Source: Mobula hypostoma (taxonomy: Eukaryota). From it: a stretch of 64,000 nucleotides of DNA. This document shows, piece by piece, positions 25,488-39,420 of the stretch. The number at the start of each line of letters is the position of its first letter. Position 1 is the stretch's first letter. The DNA lies in NCBI RefSeq assembly GCF_963921235.1, contig NC_086113.1:10664001-10728000 (forward strand), given 5' to 3'. The translations under genes and the position numbers were made by a program. Under the pieces are notes generated by a model. That model ran no database searches and was not told the DNA's origin. It saw nothing but the letters and a program-made list of their open reading frames with translations.

Positions 25488-27509
25488 CTGCTTCGAGTCT
25501 CCAACCCCTCTCCCACAACATAGTTTGGACCAAAATGTGTTCGCCACATAATTGACTTGAATGTGGAAGGATTTCTTGGCAATGAGAATTTTCTTCCAAA
25601 GGAAATATGCTGTTAACCTCATTAGGGCCACGCATTTCTATTGTGTTAACCCATTCTCAGCAGACTTTAAAAATGTTTTACTGTTTCATTGGGTACGTTC
25701 TGTATCCTTCAATATCCCTACATGAACCGATGCTAAGTTCTGTCAAAGTGGCTTCTACCATGATATTCAAAGCAAAAAGAGCAAAGGACCGTGAATAATA
25801 GATATTGTGAGGAACCGTAAGCGTCATCATTTCAACTAGTGTAGTCTGTTGAAATATTTGTGAGAATATAAGAATAAACATGTTTTAGAAAATGAGAAGG
25901 GCAGCAATATTTGTGGATGTGGAAATGGTTTTTAGAGCAAATAAACTGTTCAGATGCTACATATATAGGAAATAAATTATGTCGCCAGCGTTATTTAAGG
26001 TGTTTTCTTTATTTTAAATCTGTATCCTCTATATAGTTGTGGTACTGATATCAGTATAACGAATGTGCAAGAAGCTTATTCAGAGATTTCAGACGAGTTG
26101 TATATTTAACAATTTTGGTACAGTCCAAGTGTGACGAAACTGTACAAATCATTGGTAAGATTTGTGTATTTTCTGTGGATATTTCAGTGTGCTATGTGCA
26201 GTGCCAAATGTTCCTGAAACGAAAGACATAATTTACAGTGTATAAACCAAAGCCCCAGGCTTTAAATAAAACGTTAATTCGTGGACCATCTCAGTTCTTA
26301 TGTGTACAATTTACTTGCAGCGAGGATTTGGTAAACACACCGAAGCTGAGAACTCCTTCCACTCCAAAACGTGACCATACATTTAAGTGATTGTTCACGT
26401 TCTTAACTAAAAAATCTAGCTTTCTAAAAAAAAATTGCAAAGAATAGCCCGTGATTCCTAAGAATAATCCAGCGAAAGAGGATAAGTTATTGTCTGGGTC
26501 TATAATTCATCTTTCTACAGCCTTTCCACATCAAGTTCTACGTCACTAGGTCGTAAATAATGCAGTAAAATGTGAGGCGATCAAATAATAAGTCATCTGC
26601 AAGGTGGCGAATAGGGCCTTTTATAAAGCTAATTGTTATATTTCCGATCCTGCAATAGGGTATATATAATCATGTGAAATTATTCTTTAGATTGACTTTG
26701 CATCTACGGGCCAGGGAAATGCTAAATTTAAATTTCGCTAACCAGCATTACTTGTTCTCAATGGTCAGGGAAACATAAATTGCGGGAGCATAAAGCGAAT
26801 ATTTACTGTTATATAGTTTTGCTAATCTTGTAGAAGAGGCTAGCTAAGCAAGAATTCACTAAATATAAAGTCGTATCTATCGATTTCTAACATTACGATA
26901 ATCTAATCTGCTTGATTATATTGTTTGTTTGAAGCAACGCTGATATCAGCGTTCCTGAGAATCAGCGTAGTTTTTTTCTGTGTATTAAATGATGCGTTCT
27001 TCAAATGATAGTTTGTTAGAGCAATTGTTTAAAATTCACTCAAGGAAATTTCGTTCCTTTTTAAAAAATTATTTCTCTACAAAATATAACAAGAACAAAC
27101 AAAGTCCATATACCGAATGCACCACATTGTGGCGAAGGGAAAGCAATTAAGCGCGTTGGGTTCATTTCCTCCTAAAATTATTGCCTAAAAACTGGAATAA
27201 TCTGTGGTCACGCACAAAATTCTCACGAATAAAGCAATCAGAAGCTTTTCCCGGAATTTCACAAAAATAAACTGAATTGTACATTTTACTTTCTAACCGC
27301 AATCTTTTAAAATACATTGTTTTTTAAAAAGAAATTGCAAATAACCAGAGCTAATATCAAACAGAAACTTTATAAAACACGGCTTCTAAAAGGTCTTTAA
27401 GACAACTGCAAACGAATATAGAAAGGAAAAGAAAGGACGACGAGAAACTTCAGCCATTAGACAACCGTGCTTGCTTATCTGAAAAAGGAATTTTAAACAG
27501 ATTGAAAAT

Positions 27510-27545
27510 AACAGATTTTACCCAGAATCATTAATCACCTCATTC
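27510..27545 (+). promoter_or_regulatory. CR3 / late-neural-enhancer-like Hox-responsive element 3' of HoxA4
   Basis: AGATTTTACCCAGAATCATTAATCACCT resembles the CATTAATCAC core of Hoxb4 CR3 (remembered sequence). Confidence 0.55.
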
Positions 27546-27977
27546 AATAAATACTTCTTTGTATACTTCAACAGCAAGTCTGAAGGGTGTTCTTTTAGAG
27601 AAGTGTATGAACACATTGGATCTCTTGAATAAAATGTGGCCATCTCGACACACACCATGCCTCTCTGCAACCCCCCCCCCCCCCCAAGATCCTTGGAAAA
27701 GTTGTGGAGTTTTAGCTGGACAACGTTATTACAGCAGGAAATCATAGGACGCATATTTCAAAGGCAGGCGGCAATTTACAATATATAAAAGCAGTTTTGC
27801 AAAGTGCAAGTTGATTATAGCCTGTCCTTTATTAGACCAAATTTTAGGTGCCTTGAACACATGAAACCCCAGTTTGCATCTTTTTCTTTCTCTTTGATGT
27901 GTTTAGTTTATTGTAAATCGAACGGCCTTTTGTAATAAAAAGTTGCATTGTTTGTCAACGGCTGGGCAACCAGAGTG

Positions 27978-27994
27978 AGTTCACCAAGAGGACA
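27978..27994 (+). promoter_or_regulatory. HoxA4 3' DR5 RARE (early neural enhancer type)
   Basis: AGTTCA ccaag AGGACA, about 2.5 kb 3' of the HoxA4 stop. Extra TGACCC/TGACCT half-sites lie at 28033 and 28049. Confidence 0.85.
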
Positions 27995-29259
27995 AATTTT
28001 CTGACCGATTAGCCGTTTTTAGCGTTGCAGACTGACCCCTCAAACCCTTGACCTTTAAGAGATGGACAGTGCTCTTTCCACTATTTCCTATGCCCGCAGA
28101 TAGGAACTAAAAGAATACAGCTCGTTATCAAAAAAGCTGTCTAAGATGTCCAAGCAATGTGCATTTAAACTACCTTGATGTATCCAACAATATTGAATAT
28201 TACACACGCAATAAAGCACAATCACACATATACATTCATGGACATACACGCACACGCAGATCAACTGTATCTAACTTCATGTTTTTAAATGTGCGGCGTG
28301 TGCTTATGTAAAGGAGATTTGTCAATGATTTATATACAAGCTCGGAAAGTTGCACGTGATAAGAAACAATGGTTGTTTTGAATGGTTTAATTAATAACAC
28401 ATTTTTAGTTAATGACTTAAGAGAATGGATTCAATCCTTCACTTGTAATCGTGAGATAATTCACCTATCGGAGCACTCCATTGTTCGGATTATTGAAGAG
28501 AATAACTGTTACTTTTTTTCCTCGGCCAAACACGTGCTTACTTTCTTGATATTATATGTTTTGCAGTCGACATTTACGAGAGTTGTTGGCAACTGATTAA
28601 ATTTATTGTAAAAACATTTCTTCATTCGAAACATGTAAACGGAGTCACAAGTGCAAAGTGCCCAGAACAAAATGGGTTGAGTCTAAAGCCAACTGAGGTT
28701 GTAAGCAAAATTGCCACCAAACCATTAAATTTACTGGGACTGTTATTAAATCGACTGTTTTTGCTGCACAATGTTCCTTGTCACACTTAAAATAACCAGT
28801 GTGTGTACCATGATAATCGTAGGATGTCGAAGACCTCTAATCACAAAATAAAGCCTAATACACATTTGGGTGGTATAATAAAATATCGACTGTGGCTAGT
28901 GAGGGTCGATTCGGTGTCAAATTTAACAGCCTTATGGGGATGTAAAGTCACATATGAAAGAGTTAGCCTTCCCTGTGACTGTTATGTATGCGGGGTACTG
29001 TAACACTGAGCTTCAATATCAAACTGTCAGGCGAACAATAAAGACAGCTTGAAGAAATGCCCAGGAATATTGGACTGAGGCAGCTCGAAATGTAGGTGAC
29101 ATAAATGGCGGACCTGTCAAATCTGGGATCAGGACAAGCCAGTCATTTTTTGCATTATCACTTACCAGCGAGCATCCAAACACTAAAAGAAACCCACGAA
29201 CAATAAAGATTCAAGTAAGAAGGGCGCAAAGAGGAAAAAAAAACTCCACACTCCAAGAT

Positions 29260-29483
29260 AAAGGGTCACGCGTCTCCTCCGTGTATGTATTGAAATTTTA
29301 ATCTCTCCCGTCACGTGACTCATTAAATAATTAATGCAGCCGGTCCGGAATAGATATGTAGTCGTCAGTATTCGCACTAGATCTGTTTCAGTCTGATGTG
29401 AAAATGAAGTTTCCTTAAAAAATAAGTCTATAATTGGAAGATCTGTCTCAGAGTGAAGTGGTACAGATCAGCTAAGAATTGTG
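29260..29483 (+). promoter_or_regulatory. Putative HoxA3 upstream promoter and non-coding exon
   Basis: Palindromic GTCACGTGAC E-box next to TCATTAAATAATTAATG, then a strong donor GTG|GTAAGT at 29483/29484. Confidence 0.6.
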
Positions 29484-32400
29484 GTAAGTAGTGTTTTTAT
29501 GATCATTCCTTTATTCTGTTTATGTTTTAACATTTTTTTTATTTCTTAAAACTGTCATAAATGTGATGAATAGCGCCCTTTAGTATTCAGATTTAAATCA
29601 CGGCATGTCTGTGATGGTGTTTAGTCAGTCTCTCGCGTGTCAGTAATATTTTAGATTTTTTCATGATTAATTGCAACAAATACAAACACATATGATGATG
29701 TTCTAGTTCACAGTATGTATGCCTGGATACCACGGTGTAGCTGAGCTGCTTTGTTCAATTTTCCTGTCGTTAATAAATCACCATCTCTTACATGCGCAGG
29801 GCTGCAACTGTAGGCAGGAGCGTTTGGAAATGAAGAGGCATCAGCTAAATTCCTCTATGATTCATTAATTTGAGCGATTTACAATAAATGACAGAGTTAT
29901 GCTGCTCTAGTAAATGTACTAACATATGTAATTCTGAACAAAGTGATGCACTTATTCTGACTATATACTGCCTGGCTCTTGTCTAGACCTGATTTGCAAC
30001 TATGAACAATACACATAAGACTACAGAGTTGTATAGAAACACCTGTCTTTATTATATGTTGCGATAATTCCCCAGCCCTGTTGATTATTCAAATTTTAAA
30101 TTCATTTATTTTCATCCGTTTTTGGAATAAACTTTGAACTCATATAGATGAAATTTGTCTTCGCCAGAGAATACATTCATCCTTTTCAATATTCTTTTCC
30201 TATTTAACAGATAGATTTGATTTTGTTACCTGGCGAAAGGGCATTCATAAAATGTGCATTTGTTTGCACTCGTAATTAAGTACTGCTCCCAATATTTACA
30301 ACAAACTATCATTAGTAAAAGTACATAGCACTTAATTAAATGTCTTATCGTTCCATTCAAGTACATTTTATTAGTCCTACTATTCGTTATGATCAATCAA
30401 AACAAGATAATTGCAACAGTATACCGGCTAGTACAATGCTTGAACTTCCGGGCTGGCATTCCAATAAAACACTTCTGTAATTGGATCCACCTCCTAAAAT
30501 TGGAACAGCACAAACACATTATGAGTTGCACATTTGGCAACTGTCCTTTAATTTAACATTGAATGCTTCTTACAGATCTGGATCTCTCTATTCAGAAACA
30601 GGGCTAGCACCAGGATTACCAAATTGGGATTTGAGATGGGCTAGAGACCAGAGTTAAGGAGGTAAAAAAATGAAATGGAATTAGGTGTAATGCCGAAATT
30701 CCATGGCTAGTCTCAGGTACACTTATTTGGGAGTAACAGGTGGTTAGGTGCTACAGTTCATCGGAATCAGTGGACACTAAATGAAAATGTCATTTATTTT
30801 TCCAAGAGTGTTATAAGATGAGAGGCGGTATGCTCTCGGCAGATCAGATTCCTTCCGCGTTAAAATGTATTACCCAGGCGCAAAATAAGGTAGTCATGGA
30901 GCCATTTGAGAGTGTCAGTTTGGTGGTTAGTTGAGGGAACAAAAGCCTTGGGTACTTCCTTTGTTAGGGGTTCACAGCAACCTCAAAGAATTCACTGGAG
31001 CCACAAACATACAGCTTGATTTATTTAAACATTTCTAGAATTAAATGTGGAGCCCACTAATTATTTCCAGGAAAACCAACTTCAAGATACTAATAAGTAT
31101 AGGTTAACATCCCTATGTTTTCCAGACACATTTGTGGGGAAACCTCCTCTAACTGCAGTTGTGCAGGGCAGTTATGTTCCTTTACATGTTAATTTGTTGT
31201 AAAAAAAATTGGCAAAATACAAGTGCTTTGTGCAACTACCCTTTATTTGCCATCTGGTCCCTGCGTTATTCCAATGTAAACCTCCCTAATGTCTGTGTTT
31301 ATAAAGTTAGTAAGCAAATTTCATCCCATTTATTGAAGCTAACACGCGATTCCCCAGCTATAATCAACAAAATACAGTGAAGCGGGTTGAAATACTAGCG
31401 CGTTTCTTTGTTTAATTATTACTCGACTTACAAGGACTTCAAAGAGCCACCGCCTATTTCCGTTTCTCTCATTTTTCCCGTTTCATGTAACTATCTACAA
31501 GCGCTGCATTTCCGATTTGATTTGCAGTTTTATCATAGACAGAATAAAAATACAGTTTAAAAGTGAATATTCATTTACGACCTTCCCGTGTTGGAACATT
31601 GAAAATCCAGTTGGGATTAGAATATTAGGCCGGGATGTGAAATTTTCAACAGCGCGCAAAATGGGAAATAAAACTCAAGTTTCTAAGAAAAAAGAGGCTG
31701 CTAGTAAGAAAGACCCTCAAGAAAGAATCGATTTGGGATAGAATGGCAGAGGTGCCCTTAATCTGTCTGTTTACTCCTTAAAATCCGTTGGATTAATGGT
31801 AATATTATGCCCGCAGTAAATCGAATAAATATTATTGCCAAATTTTTGTTAGGTTAGAAGTAATGAGAAAGCTCAAATTTTCTGGTTAGTTTAAACTGTC
31901 GTTTGATAACTGGAGTAGTTTTATGGCGTGGAATGAGATGTGCAATAAATTACTCGACCTTAATGCTTTGTTGTGATGGGTTTGTCAATTGGACCCGCAC
32001 ACAGAAATGAGTTTCTCATATGCCACTCTGAAAATGAAAACCAACCAGAATTTTACTGGTACATAAACCGCTTTACTTTTTTTAAAAGAGACCTTCCTTT
32101 TACGGCTTACATCAATTAGATTTAACCAAATACAATTGTTTCATTTGGCCCTCTCGTTTGTTTGAATGGTTTATAAATTCTTGGGTTCTCAAGCAGATGC
32201 ACGTCAGAAAGAAATGTGCATGGAATCCCAGTTTAATTACTGTTTTGAGGTCCAAGTAAAATAGTTTTCTTCTCTCTTTCTTAAGCAGCGTGAATTGTGG
32301 GATTTCAACGCAATAAATTATCTTAACCGGTTATATTGTTTGTTAAATACGAATATCTAGATTTTTGTTTTTTTTTAAAGTCAATGAACGAGTGGCAGTG

Positions 32401-33482
32401 GTTAGGGTTTAAAGTGCAAATCCCCTTTCCTCTGTTGCAAGGTTTCACCCTTACCTCAGTAACGCATTTGGACTGAGCTCTTCTCAAGCCTGGTGCAGCT
32501 GTTTCCTAAATCAACTTCGCATATATGCAATGTCAGTTTGCAAGCATACTCGCTTAACAATGAACCACAGAAACTTTATTGTATGCGGTTAATAACCAAA
32601 TTTAATCCAGATTCTGCTAACAATTATTTTTAAGTCACGTGAACGGATTCCACAAGGTTTTTTTCCCCCTCGGCTTGGCCCTACTTGTTTCCCGGGCTCT
32701 TTTTTTTCTCTCTCTCTTTCTCTAATACACAGATCTCACAGAAAACTAGTACCCCAGACGGCTGCAGAAACCTATAAGGGAAACAGATCAGCACTTTGCA
32801 GGGCGCCGAATCAGTATTAGGGGAGTAACTTCATTCTCCGGCCTTTCTGTTTTGAGAGAGGTTTGTAGAAAGGAAATGTGCCTGCAGCAAGCACAGTGCA
32901 AGATATTCAAAACGACCGGATAATTTGGAAAATGTAGGATCTTCAGCGTGCGTTGAAACTTTTCCCCTGAAAGCACATTATCAATTTCACAGCAGTCTTT
33001 ATCTGTCCTTTGAGGCTGGTTTGGATTTGGCTGAATTGTCAGGTAAGCTATAAGACTTCTTTGTAGCTCTGTCTATCTGCACAGAGGAAAAAAATTCCAG
33101 TTCAGTTAGTAATTGATGACTCAAAATTTGACCTAAGGAAAGGGAAGTCATTGCTTATCGTTAAGCCCGAAGGCCCCTTTATTTGGATCCCTCACTCTTT
33201 ATAATGCATGTGTTGATAAAAGCAATTTTCTCGAATATCTTCAGGTTGAATTTTGTATTCCTAAAAGTCTTTTCTGACTTTCCTAGGATTGAAATACAGC
33301 CTGACTTCGAAAAGTATCTAACGACATGCCCTGAACTTTAAGCGAATTCATTGCCTGGATGGATCCCCTGCTCAATTCACTCTTTTAATTTCTCTACGCT
33401 AATTTTTTGACCTTCCCACGTCCCAACAACAGGATATTTCCTTCTGCAAAGAAAGCTGGAATAAAAGATCGACTCCTTTCTT

Positions 33483-33570
33483 TCTATCTATCTATCTATC
33501 TAGCCATTTATCTATCAACCTATCCATCTATCTGTCTATCTATCTATCTATTTATCTATCTGCCTATCTG
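33483..33570 (+). repeat. Imperfect (TCTA)n tetranucleotide repeat
   Basis: Read directly from the sequence. Confidence 0.95.
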
Positions 33571-35919
33571 TCATCATTCATATGTTTAGTTATACTATAT
33601 ATTCAACTATTTATGTAAACGTGCTTCTTAACTTTCGAACTTCAAGACGTTAATCAATAATTCATTAATGTTTTACTCAATGTTAAAAGTTTTACTCCGG
33701 CCTTTTTGGAACACGGATTTTGGTTCGAGTTAAGAATCTAGAGAATGTGCAATCATAAAGTATGTTCAGTTTAAAGGTTGAACAGATTGTCCTTCGTCCT
33801 TCATTGGAAGACATAGTAACGATCATAATTTTAATCAATTCATTGCCAGCTCGTCTTAACTGCGGAACTGAAAACTTAAGGTGTGCGAGTTTTCTTAAAA
33901 CTTTTATGAATGTTATATTCAGAGCCATGTTGCACCATTTGTGGCATGAGACAATGTTTACTGACGAGAATATAGGTTGAAGAATGTGTATCCACGTTGT
34001 GTAAAACTGATTAGAATGAATGCTTAAATAATGACTTTTAGAAATATAAAATGATAAGACATAAAATGCTATGTAGAAGAACGTAAAGAAAGAAAAATAA
34101 TAAGAGCTATCTGTTAAGGACAGAATTTACAAAAGGAAACAACGTTTTACAAATAAAATTAAAGTGATGAAGTTACGTGCTTGGAGTAGAAAGATACCAG
34201 ATACCAACCCTTGCCATAACGCATTTTAGCAATTTTAATCCAGAAAAAAATTGTTAAGTGTACCAATATTATCTCTTACATGTTTTATGTTCCTGAACTT
34301 TCAATCTATGGTGCACTTACATAGCTTAAAAAAACAAATAAAGAGTTTCAGTTCTATTGAATTAATAGAATTGTCTAATTCTCTTCAAAGGTTCCCAATG
34401 ATCATTGGCAAGTCTCATGTTGAAACTACTTTAGCCTTCTTACCCCCAAGAAATTTTGCGCGTTATCAACTTGCCCTGAAGCATCTAAGCATACATTTTG
34501 CATTAGTGACCCCAAAGGCACGATTTACGATTCAGTTGGGGGGAAAATCAGAATCATTATGTCCTTATCAAGTCTACCCCCTCACTCTGTGCTGCACTGA
34601 CTAAAATCACCTTAGCTTTCCCTGTCTGCCTTTTGTCAGGTAAATACAAACCTTATCTAGTCCTCATAACTAGCTTGGTGTAACGTGTGGGTGTTAAGCA
34701 AGTCCAATACAATAGCGCTCTAAAAAGCACGCCCAGAAAAAAAGGGACAGTCGCACACAAGCTTAACAGCTGTGGGGCTTCCCTGATTGTTTGGGTTGAA
34801 AATGTGGAGTGCTCGCTTTCTTATAGATCGATTCAAATTCCAGACCCCAGTTTTAGTCCATTACAAACAGCTATTCGTCTGCTCCAAGTAGTTCAGCCTA
34901 CATGCTCCGGATGGAGGTCTTTCACACCATGAGACACAGTCGACCCAACTTACCTTATCGCGGATTTCTTGCAAGGAATTATCACGGAACAACCTTCTGC
35001 AATACCAACAAAACTGAGCTTAAGAAACTTCTTAGGATTTGTTGGGTAAAAAGTTAGACTTTGAAAAAAAAAGTATTCCTTTAATTATCTCCCAAATTCA
35101 AATAAAAGGATTTAAGTTGACGTATGACCACGTGAGCACATAATACAGCGCATTATTGTGGCATTTGGATCGGAGACCCAGGCTGGCTTCGGCTGTGATT
35201 ACGCTTTTCCACTTTCTGTTAAGAGCCAGCTTTTTTCTTCTAAAGAGATTGCACTCTGGGCGCTGGATTTCACATGAAGGGATATATGCGAACAGGGAGA
35301 GATGCTGCATTTAGCGGAATGGATTTTATTTTGAGGTATTTCAAATGCTTCCGTTGATTGTTCATTAATATGGTGAGTTATTGCTGTTCAAGGCAAAGGT
35401 CAGTGGAAAGCCTTACGGGTGTCAGATTGTGCCAAAACACGCTTAGTTTCCTCTTTTCTGCCTGTTTCGGCGCATAGTCCATTTCCAGTAATGTTTGCTC
35501 TCCATATGGTAAATATAAAAGAAGTTATTTTGTACAATAGTGTGCGGATCACATGTATTGTATGTGTTGTTCCTTAAATCATGAACAATCGAATATTGAA
35601 ATCCTGTCAATGGCCGCTCTCTGTCCGAATAAGTACAAACAAAACAATGTATGTTTATTATATATAATTCGACGCCAATATTTCTGGTTGTAAGAGCCAA
35701 TAATAAAATGATTATTATAACACATGGGCATTAATGTACATTTACTTTTTTGACATTTTATTCTTTATATAACAAGCTACAATGAAAGGTTCATCGTCCA
35801 TTTTAAAAATCCTGCCAGCTAGTTTATGAATTGTTGTGTCCTTCAAATTTAGGTTACTAGGTTTTTCCTTACTATGTGAGAATTACCGAAATTGCAATGA
35901 ATCACATCGCTTCATGGAT

Positions 35920-36052
35920 NNNNNNNNNNNNNNNNNNNNNNNNNNNNNNNNNNNNNNNNNNNNNNNNNNNNNNNNNNNNNNNNNNNNNNNNNNNNNNNNN
36001 NNNNNNNNNNNNNNNNNNNNNNNNNNNNNNNNNNNNNNNNNNNNNNNNNNNN
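35920..36052. other. N-run (133 nt)
   Basis: Run of n characters. Confidence 0.99.
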
Positions 36053-36379
36053 GGGAAATAACAAGCAAGCTCTTTAATGGATGATCTAAACACAATTGCC
36101 CACATTTCTCCATCGTCACTGTGGTAATATTTGACCAACTTGAGGTACAAAGCAGGTTGTATTGGGGTATTATTTACTAGCAGGCCGTCATTGTGTTGGA
36201 ATATTGACTGCATAAAGAAATTAACGAAATAAATTAATAGGCGATGGAACCCAACTCAATACTGCCATTGTCTTAAGAGTACATTTGCGGTGAAAAAGGC
36301 AGGAAAAGACTCCTTATGTTATGCTGGTGGGTGCAAATGTTATATAAAAAAAATGCACCCACCAGTGAGCCTTTCTCAG

Positions 36380-36550
36380 AAAAGGTCAGAGTGCTGCGAT
36401 TTGATTTATGTTTTCGGTGTTTTGGGACAGTCATGCCAATGCAATCTGCTTTAACGAATGCTTTACTTCTTTTTATATATGACAAATCACATTGGCAATT
36501 ATTGATAGCCTGATCGGTTATCCTACCAATGCTAAATTCTACCAATCGTG
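36380..36550 (+). promoter_or_regulatory. Putative HoxA3 r5/r6 hindbrain enhancer (Pbx/Hox plus Meis/Prep sites)
   Basis: TGATTTATG (36402), TGACAA (36480), TATTGAT and CCAAT motifs, about 6 kb upstream of the HoxA3 ATG. Confidence 0.5.
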
Positions 36551-39375
36551 CAAAATTAAGCCAAGTATTGGGTGGGGTGGGTGTGGGGTATTGCGTGGGC
36601 TGAGGAGAGGAGGAGGAGGGTAGTGATGTTTAGAATATAATTGCCAATAAACAAAGTTCGTATCTGGGATCTATGCGATTAAAACAAAAATTGAATAATA
36701 AACGTGTTGAACACTATCACGACTTTGCAAACAGTTGTTTCACAAAAGGTTCCATGCACATACAGTGATCATCGCCTTAGTATTTTTTTTAGCCCTAATT
36801 GGACTCTGGAGCAGGGTTTTGTTTGCCTATTTAAATTCGTGTGTCCCATCTGCCGTTTCTATTACAACCCCGTCACCCCAATATAAAATGTAAACACTGG
36901 ACAAAGATTTTTCATGAAGGTTTCAATTTTTTTTAATCGCTCTTGAGTTACAATTCCTTTCTTGCCCACTATCCAATACTGAAGCAAGTTTAACATGTCT
37001 AAAACATACAACACACAGTTTCATAGCGTCTTACATGTTTAAAGAACAATAAGAAGTTGGGTTAGTACAGATGCATTTGGGAAGACATGCGTACATAAAA
37101 TACGACACCGGCGATGACGGACAGAAGGTTTACATGTTGGGTTTATGATAAATCTTTACTTAGAAGAATCCGTTCGATATACAACGAAGATCCGTACATA
37201 TTGGACGTTTTTTTTTCTCATTGATTGGAATATTGTATCTTCGTGTAATTGATTTGAGATCTTAGGTTGATTTCTGTCCGTTAATAATTCATGTAGATTT
37301 AGTCGATGCTCTTAAACAAGGATTTTTAGCATCCCGGCGCCTTTCTTTTTATCGCGTGGAAATTAATGGTTTCTCGATTTCGTTGCAGACTTTGTCCTAA
37401 ATAACACTTACACAAGCAAACGCAGAGACTGTACAAACTTTCGGTGAGTTTTCTAAACTTTTATGATACCTAAGTAGATATATGGTGGCTAAGGACAGAA
37501 AATGCTCTCACTGCAAGGTGTCATCTTTATTAGTTCCCGTTCAAGCGACGGGTTATCTTGAGCTTCTAACAAATGAACCGCAATAGGTTGTTACAATTTA
37601 AATCACGTGTGCTTTTGGATATTGGATATAAAAAGACACATACCAGTTATAGAGGAAGTTACATTCAACATATTATAGATGGTAACATGGATGCTATACC
37701 ATAGTAATTAGCATTATCCGAACATTAGAACATCGATTGGAAATGTAATATTTCCCTTTATATTGAACAAATATACCTTCACAATGGAAGGTGTGACGGT
37801 TGCAGTAAATTATACAGACTCTTTGTTTAAAAATATTGGCATCTATTGCTAATATCAAGTCAAATCAAGCAGTCGCCACTTCCACCTCTCTCCGTTTACT
37901 CTCTCTTTGTAAATATTTGCATCCGTTAAAGAAAATAGATTCTTATCCAATATTGCAGTTCTCTTACATCCGAGGATAGTGACTTTACAAGGTTCGCTGA
38001 TATAAGCGGGGCCTTCAATTTCTATGCAGTCGCTTCTGAACTGAAATTCACGGAGCCAAACTTAAGAGGTAGAAAGTTTTAAAGGAAAGATCCAGCATCC
38101 GTTGGCGTTACTATTTTCCCACCTTCGTACGATCTCACGAGAGAAGAAAAGGTTGGAGTCAGCACATTAAGATAGTGGAAGGGTTGATCATTGACAATAA
38201 AGTACTTCACTACAGAGAGAGAAAAAAACATTGAGCGGCTTACTTGCAAAGTTGCATACGAGTGAATTTTTGGCCCTATCTTCCCTCCTACGCTGCTTGG
38301 CTTCCCCTTTCATGTAGTTGCATCGCAATAAGCGATAGGGGCAAGTGTTTTCTCTTTAGTGCTCTGTTTACAGCCTTAGTGCATGAAGTCATAAATCTTA
38401 CGTAGCCATAAACGACAGAAGCATTGGTATGCATAAGGGGTGTCTATAGCTCATATACTCTTTCATTGCTCGCCTTCTCTCTTTCGTTTCCTCCCCAGTT
38501 GTAACTTTTTACTCTTGTAGCTGAAATACTTTGATTTTAACATTTCTAAAACCTCTAGTTTCGGGAATACCGAAATACTGGATGTGCCTTACATTCAACT
38601 GAACCGGTTTGAAACCGGCTGGACTTTTACTCCTGCATCGTTTTTCCTCTTAACTATTCTCATGCTGTACCTTCAAACAAAGGCCTTCCTTTGCAACCAG
38701 GGGTTAATAAAAAGTTAAGCTAGTACTTTTAATGCGAAAGTGTGCGTCCACATTTAAATAAGGCAAAACTCTATTCGGATCTGAGTGATTATTAAAAAGT
38801 GCGTGGATTTAAATGGGACAAGCTCGTTTCAAGTTTGATTGCATAGATTCAGTGATTGCCAAACCCAGGCGCTTGTGTTCTCCGTGTTGGTTAATTTGCA
38901 TAATTTTTCAGTTGTGACGCTATGTTTCGGGGGAGTTTACCCAGCCTGTCTGTTCAGTACTGCCAGACAGCAAACTTAAAATCCGCGCTTTTAGCATTCA
39001 ATATTCATAAGAAACATACCCCATTTCTTTGGTATGAGATAAGAGCAGCCAAGGAAGCTGATAGTAGTCTTATCTCCCTGACCAGGGCGCGCTACCATAA
39101 TCACAAGGGTGGCCATCCAAAAGCTACAGCCCTTCTCTCCAGTTTTTTTTCAGCTCTACCATTTTCCTTTCCCATTTGCCGTTGTCGAATTTCAGCGCTC
39201 AAGAGTAATTGTTTGCCTTCATTCCAATTAATTCCGAAGTTCTGAAACTTCTGCTTATCGATTTCCCCCGGTGAATCTGAAAATATTGTGCCGTGGTCTG
39301 CGCCTATCGTCAGAGACTAAGGTAAGCTGGACACAAATAGGCTATCACTCGTGAATGGCGGAGTTTATGTCCCAG

Positions 39376-39420
39376 TGATTTATGACCATATGACTTAAAT
39401 CTCGGTTCAAGAAAAGTTCA
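39376..39420 (+). promoter_or_regulatory. HoxA3 5' DR5 RARE with adjacent Pbx/Hox site
   Basis: TGATTTATGA at 39376 and GGTTCA agaaa AGTTCA at 39404-39420. Confidence 0.85.
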
